Under the pieces are notes generated by a model, which made no database searches, was not told where the DNA came from, and worked only from the letters and a program-made list of their open reading frames with translations. DNA of 58,387 nt, the filler included, from Sphacelaria rigidula (Eukaryota), in NCBI GenBank assembly GCA_964200075.2. It is 2 parts of 2 records of this genome, joined end to end, with 100 filler letters (N's around TTAATTAATTAA, not from the genome) between each part and the next. Parts side by side here need not be neighbours in the genome. Positions count along the whole stretch, not along the records: positions 29,247 to 58,387 come from CAXNAA020000088.1; 1 more part is not named here. One strand, given 5' to 3'. Below, piece by piece: positions 50,301-58,387 of the stretch (its first letter is position 1; every line of letters starts with the position of its first letter). A program made the translations under genes and the position numbers.

Positions 50301-51270
50301 GAATGTCAGGAGCGCACCTGTGTGAGGTCCGGATAGGGTCCGAACGCTTGCCCCTGCACGAAAAACATCGGTACTAACTGCAGGGCAGTCGGTTCCAAGT
50401 GATGATATGATGACGCTATGTGTAATAACAAGGACCCCGTTGTCTTCGAACTCATTCAACACAGCAATGGTCGAGCCACCGCCGTCGATCCCCCAGGTAA
50501 TTAACATATTGTGGAGTGGATCAGGTAGTGCTTCTACTACTACAGCTTCCAAGTTTCGGCATGAAGTACGGCGGGGGGGCGGTGAGTTGAGCCTCCTGGG
50601 CATTACGCTCAAGGTGACTGGCGAGCGGTGGTGGCTTCATGTACAGCGACCAAACGCCAAAAATATGACTTGATGCAAAAAGTGCTGGAAAGTAGGAGCC
50701 ATGGGTGAAAAAGAGGGCAGCATATTATGTTGAGGTGTCGGCGGGGCTAGAAAGTTCAGAACAGAAACACTGTTTCTGCACAGCCTCCATGATCAAGCCC
50801 AAGTGCGTGTATTGTAACTGTTGTGTAATCTTGACGGGGCGGTGGATGGAAGGTCATTGGTCAAGTTGGGAGCAGAACCCACACCTGGTACATATTTTAA
50901 AAGACATCCCAGAGTACACAGCGGCAACAACAACAAAAACCTGCATACAAAATAACGATTTTTTCGTCATATCAGTTTTTTTCAACAAGCAGGGACAACG
51001 TGCCGAACGACCCACCTGAACGAGCTTGACTGCCGAAGACTTCTTGCCGGAGGCAGAAGGATGTGTCTTACTCGACACTTCCACCACATCGTCGACAAAC
51101 ACCTTTTCCCCAGTGACCGCGAGCTCAACACACCCGTAGTGTCGCTGCCGTCCACAGTTCGCCGTGGATCGGGCGCGTTGCTCCATGGTGCCGGTAGATT
51201 GAGAAGTAGGCGCGGCTATTGTAGGGCCAACCCAAGTGTTGTTGCCTTTCCTTGAGGAATTAGCACTCAT
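32048..51270 (-). CDS. Large ELM2-SANT domain chromatin co-regulator (MTA/RERE/MIER-like architecture), multi-exon, with long low-complexity C-terminus
   Basis: Frame-consistent exons: 44476-46101, 43808-43891, 42485-42769, 40118-40246, 39032-39181, 38321-38389, 36612-37493, 36196-36403, 35200-35978, 34219-34346, 32048-33353 (5646 nt, ~1880 aa). ELM2 start RTPVGKDYQADIPDL...IW; ELM2 end EEEALTGLMRARCKLDNFEPAL; SANT WTFTQVRLLERALE...KVSKQVPGKTPHQVLAFYYKYL. Exons upstream of 46101, up to ATG 51270, are only partly resolved. Confidence 0.82.
33785..33995 (-). mobile_element. LINE-like 3' end remnant
   Basis: Shares CCCAGGGATCCAG..CGGTCA..CGCTCGCTGAAGAAAAAA..GCTTCGG with 41955-42180. Confidence 0.5.
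34219..34346 (-). CDS. ELM2-SANT gene exon, amphipathic helices (DQLVYMRGLIL...HAKIFDAFVK)
   Basis: cacag acceptor, gtaagt donor, phase 0/2 consistent. Confidence 0.8.
35200..35978 (-). CDS. ELM2-SANT gene low-complexity exon (Q/H/G/P-rich, ends CWRLLERAEEFMEK)
   Basis: ttacag acceptor, gtccgt donor, open frame. Confidence 0.82.
36196..36403 (-). CDS. ELM2-SANT gene exon (VLDDDSPDEG...SVPM)
   Basis: gctag acceptor, gtgtgt donor, phase 0/1 consistent. Confidence 0.75.
36612..37493 (-). CDS. ELM2-SANT gene low-complexity exon (NS repeat, G/P/R-rich)
   Basis: 294 open codons; tgtag acceptor, gtgtgt donor. Confidence 0.8.
37531..37886 (-). mobile_element. tRNA-derived SINE, family 1 (diverged intronic copy)
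   Basis: CCCGGTCGCTCAGTTGG / GGTTCGAATC boxes on minus strand; body matches the other copies; (CA)n tail. Confidence 0.75.
38321..38389 (-). CDS. SANT end exon (VLAFYYKYLAAAD...GPE)
   Basis: FYY motif typical of ELM2-associated SANT; gtcag acceptor, gtatgg donor. Confidence 0.85.
39032..39181 (-). CDS. SANT exon (VRLLERALERE...KVSKQVPGKTPHQ)
   Basis: tttcag acceptor, gtgaag donor; SANT/Myb helix pattern. Confidence 0.85.
40118..40246 (-). CDS. ELM2 end / SANT start exon (CEEEALTGLMRAR...QPWTFTQ)
   Basis: gtcag acceptor, gtatgt donor. Confidence 0.85.
40428..40625. mobile_element. TIR MITE, same family as 5521-5812
   Basis: GTTCTGTAGGGTACG ... CGTACCCTACAGAAC inverted termini. Confidence 0.55.
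41955..42180 (-). mobile_element. LINE-like 3' end remnant with (AATC)n tail
   Basis: Homologous to 33785-33995 and, inverted, to ~10780-10895; ends GTGCGACAATCAATCAATC on the minus strand. Confidence 0.5.
42485..42769 (-). CDS. Exon inserted within ELM2 (Tudor/SH3-like beta module)
   Basis: 95 open codons, phase 0/0; gtcag acceptor, gtgagt donor. Confidence 0.75.
42823..42848 (+). repeat. (AT)n microsatellite
   Basis: Direct reading. Confidence 0.85.
43808..43891 (-). CDS. ELM2 exon (IWRSCSHWDSRSEELLAEYMRAAKKIVQ)
   Basis: aacag acceptor, gtattt donor; ELM2 W and helix pattern. Confidence 0.82.
44476..46101 (-). CDS. ELM2-SANT gene large exon (acidic/basic disordered region ending in the ELM2 start)
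   Basis: 542 open codons; tcgcag acceptor, ATG|gtgagt donor; PVGKDYQADIP motif. Confidence 0.88.
46880..47500 (+). repeat. Degenerate ~70-bp minisatellite
   Basis: Recurrent GATGATTCCTGTGAAGTGGGGACAAGGGGTC...GATGAGTTGATGGCGA units. Confidence 0.7.
51016..51270 (-). CDS. Probable first exon of ELM2-SANT gene (MSANSSRK...RHYGCVELAVTGEKVFVDDVVEV, BAH-like start)
   Basis: ATG in acaATG context, 85 open codons, CAG|gtgggt donor; resembles the N-terminal strands of a BAH domain; link to downstream exons not fully traced. Confidence 0.5.
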
Positions 51271-51772
51271 TGTTGTCTATACGTTTATTTTTGCCGAGAC
51301 TCGTGCACACGCGACGCCCGCACTAGGTCAAAGAGGATACACCCAAACAGCCAACTCCGACAAGAATGAAACCACCCACAGGGTCACATACACTGTATGC
51401 TAGGCGAAGCCAGGTGTACGTGGAAGCCGTTGCATCCACGGGCTGATGCGGCGGAGGTCACTTATTACTGGGGGTTCCGCTGTTGAGGGGCTCGATGACG
51501 GTCAGATGAGTGTTGTGATGCGTGGGTGATGCTCAAACTGTAACCTAACTAAAATCGATATGCAATCGGTGTATATGACAAAGGGGGTTGGACGTGCGGG
51601 TCGGAGATGGCAATAGCGTATGTGCGAGTTTCGATGAATATTAGATCAAAAGATCCAAATAATGATTTCTAGATAATTTTCTGGGAAACCCCCGGAATCA
51701 TTTGACGTCATATTTTAGAGCCGAATTCCTTTCGAAGTTTTGTTTCACATCTTTCTGGGCCATCGTTTTCGC
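51271..51772. promoter_or_regulatory. Putative bidirectional promoter / 5' UTR region
   Basis: ~500 bp between divergent candidate ATGs (51270 minus, 51773 plus); inferred from the gene models only. Confidence 0.35.
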
Positions 51773-54700
51773 ATGGATGCGTGGCTGGTCCGAGACGAAG
51801 AAATATGGTAATCACAACCGAACATGACATACCTTTTCTTCGCTGGGTTGCCCGGCTCATTCAGCTGCAGCATGTTGCGAAAACCCTTTGACAGAATTCG
51901 CAGTTCGATGCTGTTGCATTTTCTTGACTGGGTGAGTTATTCGACGCCATACCTACATCACGATGCGATGTGACACACGAACCCCAAGTCTTCGATGTAT
52001 GCAATGATAAGTGAGGTCGCCCGGTGATGAGAGTGCTCATACGAAGGAGCTTCGGCGGGATCGAGTTCGTTCTCCAGGTCAAAAACCCAGAAATGCCCAT
52101 CTGTTGCTCTTGGCGTCATTTCCACCAACAAACGATTGTCGGAGGCAGGTGTCGATGTGCTAGCCCCGAAAGCTTTGGGAGATGAATATAATGCATGCAA
52201 GGCATTGTGTCCGGGAGCAGGCGACTGACTGTCGCTGTTGTCTTCCCAGAGGCTGCAAAACGCTGCGCAAGTTTCGAGTATATTATTATAGGTATATCGC
52301 GCACGTACCTTCATCTCTGTCTCCATCTGCACTTGTTTCATTGCTAAAACTGTATGGTTGTTTCGTGGTCATCGCAAGAAACAGTCAGTAAATGCTGTCG
52401 CCCTGTTACAATCGCGAAGTTGTTACGAGTCTGATCAGCTTGTTCCATATGTTAGCTTCTTTTGGGCAGCTTTACACGCGCGCAAGGCACGCGTAAAAAG
52501 TAGATCTCGAGTACATGGCGTATATACACAGCGCAGTGCACTGCTAGAGTATTGTCTAGATGTATAAGATGGTTATACACCGAACAGACCAACTGCTAGT
52601 ACTTGTACACAAGACGGACGGACGTCGTGGATAAAAATTGACCGCTAGCGTGCATTATCCATAAATTTCACATGAAGATGAAAGATAAACCTAAGATGAT
52701 CTTCCCTACCATCCAAGGGAAATATGTCTACATTGAGCCTCCTCCAGACCATGTTGCGCCACATAACATGGCACGAAGGACTACACAGGTGAAGAAAATC
52801 AATCGAGCGAGAACGGCGGGTCGATAACTTGAAACACCCTACGAGCCAGGCGCTAAACGGTGCCGATAGTCCATATGGATGACGCATACTTTTTTCAAGT
52901 GAATATTGATGCCGATTTAGCAGGTGACATACAGAGGTCTCAAACTCCATGCTTCCCGTGTATATTTACCCTTGAATATATTGGGGAACCTCTGGTTTTG
53001 AGATCCCTCCCTTACGCCAAATTTGTTCCTTACTTCATGACACGATGTCTGAAACTTGTCGGAGTGCGTTGGTTGTTGGTTGAAAGGACGGAACATGCAA
53101 CCATGATCTGAATCTACCCGCCCCTTGTGCAGGTCCTCTCAAAAGGGTTGTGGAAGTTAGTGTATGAAGATAAAGGGTAGCCCGCAGGTGAATGGATATT
53201 CCACTGGATTTAACGGAAAAAAATTATTTTTCGGTTGCAGTGCCTCTCAGCCCTCCGATGTTTCCATTTTCCCTCGAGAATGCTTGTGCGTGTTGAGATC
53301 ATCTTCGTCCCGCCCAACACGACTTCTCCGTCTGACTTTCAGGACAGATGCTGTGTATCTGCTACTATTTCAACAGCAAATGAAGTCATCGTTGTATATA
53401 TCTGGCCCTTCATTGCCATGGCATTTACCGCCTGGTGTTTTGGATCTTTCGGGAGGAAAGAAACGCATTTGATCATGGCTGTTTGGCTAGTTGCTCGTCC
53501 GATAGATGGTGTCACGTCACATCAGTTGTGGCGACGGCCCATGCTTATCATGTACACACGCCTCAAGACACTACTAGCAAGTCTAGCGCATACTCTTATG
53601 TCCTGATCTGCAGGGGGCGGGGTGGGAGGGGGATGCGTGCAAGAAAAGAATACTTGCATGGTACCCAGTTCAGATTTCATGCAGAGAATTGTCATGCTCG
53701 GAGCCGTTTTCTGATTGATGACCTTATGAGCGATCAAACAGTCGAGAGGTCGAGGGATCATCTAGCCAGCCACCCACGAGTTTCGAGTTGCACAGTCTCC
53801 TTCCTCTGATACGCACGGCAATGCCTAGTTCTTCAGTCACTTATTAGGGCGTGAAAGGTGCGCATTTTCTGCTTTAGTTTTGGTACCTGCTTTTGTAGCC
53901 ACCAGTACAAGAATATGGGCCCACTGTTCGCCACAAAAACAACGAGCCAGACGGCCCCATACCCGTCCGTGATACAGGCGCGTGCTATCATATATATGAC
54001 TTTATGCGCGCCAACTCCTGAGGTCGTTTGATATAGCGTGAGTACATCTGCGCCATCTGCGTAACCGCAATGGGTTGCGAGAGCGCGTTAATGTACCGCG
54101 TGTGCGTGTAGATCGAGCCAAGTAGAGCTATGTATCTCTTCGAACGATTTGTTACAAATTTCAAGCTCCAACTGTTGCTGGTCTGCATTTCATTCAGCAC
54201 ACTGTGTGTTTCTTTCTGACTCATACAGAAATGATGAGTGCAGCGACTCGCGATTCGCTCACTGGGGGCCATAAAGAGTGGTGCAGACCTCACCTGCCGG
54301 CAGCGGAGTTGAGTATGCACTATTTTTCAGTTGCTGGTGAACGCATCAACCACAGCCGGGCATATAATGAGTTGTCCGCATTGCAGTACTCACAGCAATC
54401 AATCCCCGCGCGATTCTGCGACTGTGACGCTAGATCCGACCTGTACTTGAACTCTAGGTCTGATACTGTCTGTAGAGTGTGTGCTGCATATTTGCCGTTT
54501 TATATCTCTGTTGATAGGTCCTATGGTGGCGTGATGCCGAACAATGACTGCCCTCTCTCGGGGTGTACGGCGCTTGCGATATGTACAGGAGGTATTGATG
54601 GTGGGAAACTCGAAGGAGTGACACCGTACTGCATCTGATAGAGTAGGAATCTGCGTGTAAGGCGATGGGTTCCCTCGGGAAAGTGAGGAGGGCAGAAATA

Positions 54701-56258
54701 GAGACATGCGCCTATGACGTGTCACCATTCTTCATTACATCCTGTGCAAGGCAAATTACCACTGTATCTCTTCAAGAGGTATGATAACCCGTTTCCGGGT
54801 GATGAACTAGTTTACCCCGCGCTTGAGGGCCCCACCCACAGCGAAAAACAGATTGGCGACCTCGCAGCACAAGAACGCGTGCGGTTCTCGCGATGGCAGC
54901 ATTGTCAGACATCAAATCTGTGTGTGGTTTATCTCCCCCTCATACACCGGACTTTTCGATCAACGTTCTTGAATTTCGCCATCGCGACTGGCCTCGGCGG
55001 GTTTCTCCTCCGGCATAAAAAACGGCGTGCTTTCCGATGCGATTCGTCTTCTTCGTTGTTTGCCACCCAAAACAGGCACGATATTTGGAATCTGACCAAT
55101 TACGATATATATGTGAGATTTTGTGATCTGCTGCCGATATTAGAAGCCTCAGCTGTTATAGACTCTCGCAGCCTTTTGGGGCGAGGGAAAGAGGTATCTC
55201 AACCTCGAGTTTCCCGGTACATTCCACAACAGTAATATACCATCAAATATGCTGGGAGCCTCGAGGATGAGACCTCGAGTTTGAGATACCTTTCTTCATA
55301 GAGATGACATTTCCCCCCCAATTCACCTATATATATGTACCTCTCTTGAAGCGCTTGCGCAACTCTTGCGTCAGGTGCAAACACAAAGAACAAGAAGAGT
55401 GGTCTCCTTTTATTGTGGCCGAGTGAGGATCCATCGCAAATCAAGGTGAACATTTTGTTCTTCGTCAATCCCTTAATTATAAAATCATAATGGACCCAAC
55501 CTCGTGAATGTACTTCGTGTTTATAGCGAGTAACCTATGCCCTTTATCGTGTTCTCAATACCCCGAATCCGCGCTGATTAGGTGGACGCCAAGGAACGGG
55601 CAATGAGCGTGCAGTGGCAAGTGATGATCACACGCAAAACTAAATGGGACCGTTGCTGGGACAACTTTAAATACGTTCTTTACCAACGATTCACGCGGCG
55701 TCTTCGGCGGCTACATACGGCCATCGGGGGAGAGAGACTTTCATCTCTCGAATCGGCATCCCCTTCACTTCCCCACTCAGATGCCCATTTGCAGGTGGCC
55801 GAGGGCAAGTTGTCCGTTCCGTCCCCCACACCCTGATGTCTCGGTATGCTCCAGGGATCACGCAAGCCAGAAGAACAGGACACATGAATATATCGAAAAG
55901 AAGTGGACTGTAAAACACTGTGTCCGGGTTTGTAAACAATGTTTTCGATGAGCGGCCGGATCGCGCCGTTAGTTGCCCGTCATCTGCGTACTCGTACACG
56001 GACGTGTGTCTGTAATTGATTCATTGTGACTGGTGTTCACCAATACCAAGTTGGAGCTGTGATCTTCAGGCAGCACTGACCCAACCAAGCGACGAGCAAG
56101 GATTTGGTACGTGGAGTTTATGCGATTTTCCCATCACGGTGGTTGAAACACCTGATTTCAGTTTCGGACGATCAGATTCGGATCTTTAATTGGACTGACG
56201 GACCCGCGTGTGCTCACATCGTGTAGCCGCACCCGTAGGCGCCGATTTGACCTTGTAC

Positions 56259-56324
<66 letters not shown>

Positions 56325-57430
56325 CTTTGACAGGACACCGTCTGCAAGTTTCTTGCCCGAAAGGACTCTCGGTATGTGTTGGGATTGGGGCTAGGATTAG
56401 AGCTGAGTCAAGAATGCGTCCATTACCGTAATATGACCGAGAACGTGTATTCGCCGGTGCAAGCCTCAAGCCTTCAAACTGATCTTTAATCTTTGGGATA
56501 GATGAGAATAAATGATGAACGGACCAGGACCCGACGGGGCGCAAATCTTAGTGGCGGACAAGAGGGGTTTGGCGACCACGCTATCACAGGCTCTGTAGAC
56601 CAGGGACGGATATGGGGGGTCAGGAAACTGATCAAAGCACGACATATAGTGGTGATGTTTGTGTCTTATCGTATGCTCCGTTCCTCATTCAAATTCCATA
56701 AGTCTAGAAGGGCAGAACCGATACTCCAGCTCACGTCTTTTTGCCCATTTTTTTTCTGGTCTTTTCCTTGAAGGAGGGAGGAGAAGTCACTGGGCACTTA
56801 CCCCGCGAACGGGTTCGTGTGCCGATTACTCGGAGGCTCAGCTAGACCGCCTTGCGGTAGTCATGCGGGCTAGGCGCCTCGAGCATTCGGAAAGCTTTTT
56901 GCTCAAGGAAGTGTAGAGGTCGAACCCCCTAGAACCCCCTGTCATCTTGGCGTGCACACGCGGCCCTACTCCGACGAGCCACGGCCCTGGTCTTGGGGGG
57001 GGGGGGGGGGGGGGGGGCATCCCTTGTGTGACATGTGTGGCTCCCCCTCGGTATGCGACGGACTTGCATGTCATTTGGGCACTACGGACAACAGACCAAA
57101 CTATGATGATAGTTCGTTGAAGAAGTACAGAAGAATAAATCGCGAAAAATTGTCGCCCCGGCTCCAATATGAATGTATTCCTCTGTTGTTCTGGGCGATG
57201 CCTCCTGCCCGAGAACTGGTTTGAAATTCCGATTGTTTTGCCCGTTGTCTCGGGTTACAGTCAGGGAATGTTCCCGTGGAATTACCCTGCATGTTGGATA
57301 CGTCTATCTTGTTGCCGCGGCTGATTTCATGGTGGATCAGAACATGTGCGACCATCGATCACTCAACCGATATGCCCCCTCTTGTTCACCGAAGAAGAAA
57401 GGGCATGAAGGTTTTGAAGAATGTACAGAG
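51773..57430 (+). CDS. Tentative multi-exon gene of unknown function, divergent from the ELM2-SANT gene
   Basis: Series of plus-strand AG..GT-bounded open segments: MDAWLVRDEEI (51773), LRKPFDRIRSSMLLHFLDW, VKNPEMPICCSWRHFHQQ, KYVYIEPPPDHVAPHNMARR (~52720-52788), GKLPLYLFKRYDNPFPGDELVYP (~54750), VDAKERAMSVQWQVMITRKTKWDRCWDNF (~55582). Not all phases reconciled; no recognised domain; 3' end uncertain. Confidence 0.42.
56260..56322 (+). repeat. (CA)n microsatellite
   Basis: About 31 CA units. Confidence 0.95.
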
Positions 57431-58387
57431 GTGACCAGAATCTGTGGATTGCACTTACTTATTGTACTATTTTCGAAAAAGAACAAAGGTGAAGCTCAAG
57501 TGACGTCCCGGAAAAGTAGAGAAAGAATACTACCACGTATAAATGTAAGACGTTGCCGTCTCTCGCCAGATTCAAGTGCTGCAGTTGGGGGTGTCCACTC
57601 CAAGGCCGTATCGCGAAGGAATAATCAGGAACACATAGGCATATTAAAGTGGAACTCAGCCTTGAAACGGATGAGGCCCTACCTACCGGAGAAGTAATGA
57701 TGGATGAAAGTCGGATTCCGCCGCGGTGAAGTGGGGGCCTGCCTTGACCCCCTGGTCGCACGGTTCGGTCATTTAGGGCCCTGATACATTTTTCAAGTGA
57801 AAATGTGGGCGATTCGACAGATATCCCACCCTGGCGGTCAGGGGGCGAGACAGGACCGCTCTAAACTGGGGACCTGATTGTGCAGGATAGCTTTGTTTGG
57901 TGGATACCCGTAACCTTGTACCAGCTACCTATGCTGAGCACCTTTTCGCTTGTTTTGACAAGTCGCTCTTGTGCAAAAATAAAGGTGTAGACAGAAAGCA
58001 ACACTGCGTGCTGTCGGCAAAAACAGCTTGAATCGGGTCAAGTCCCCGTTTCCATATGTTGCGCCGCGCAAAGGACGCTGTACAAGGGGCATACAAATCT
58101 CAGGGGAAAGTGTATATCAATACGTCCCCAGGTGCCGTTGGTTGCTATAATATGAGTCAGCAATGATTACCTAAGACGGTAAGCGAATGGTGTTGAATAA
58201 TTATATGTCGCTCCTTGAATGAGAGCCCAGCCCCATAATAACGTCTTCATCGTTTTTTCTTGTCTTGATTCGTCGCCATCCCTATCTATACTCTTCCGCA
58301 TATGTATCACTCAACAAAAAATTGTGCGAATTGAGGTTTAACTCCGAGATGAGGTTCAAGCCTAAAACAGTGTTCTCCCCACACTTT

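Noticed and set aside
50638..50640. In-frame TGA upstream of the 50274-50612 ORF, possible selenocysteine
   Set aside because: An AG acceptor just downstream explains it as intronic; no selenoprotein motif or SECIS evidence
51958..52341. Minus-strand ORF as a further exon of the ELM2-SANT gene
   Set aside because: It overlaps better-supported plus-strand exons and lies upstream of the candidate ATG

Overview
Eukaryotic, intron-rich genomic DNA. The many short exons, kb-sized repeat-filled introns, CA-rich 3' splice regions and oomycete-like protein matches suggest a stramenopile, most likely a brown alga (Phaeophyceae); this is an inference. Reading splice sites by hand gives three genes. 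(1) A minus-strand cytochrome-b5-fusion front-end fatty acid desaturase (delta-5 type) with 13 frame-consistent exons, 21461->3491; the short first exon is unresolved. (2) A large minus-strand ELM2-SANT chromatin co-regulator with 11 frame-consistent exons, 46101->32048 (about 1880 aa), probably starting at ATG 51270 with a BAH-like N-terminus. It has an unusual Tudor-like module inserted inside the ELM2 domain and an alpha-alpha-hub (RST/PAH-like) island in its disordered tail. (3) A tentative divergent plus-strand multi-exon gene of unknown function from about 51773. Introns and intergenic DNA carry two tRNA-headed SINE families, a ~100-bp TTAA-flanked piggyBac-like MITE family, a ~460-bp palindromic TTA-flanked Harbinger-like MITE, foldback elements, LINE-like 3' tails and mini/microsatellites. 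A 100-bp artificial scaffold spacer lies at 29147-29246. I found no CRISPR array, rRNA, intact tRNA or intact transposase/RT ORF. Most ORFs in the supplied track are spurious. The best novelty candidate is the domain architecture of the ELM2-SANT protein.
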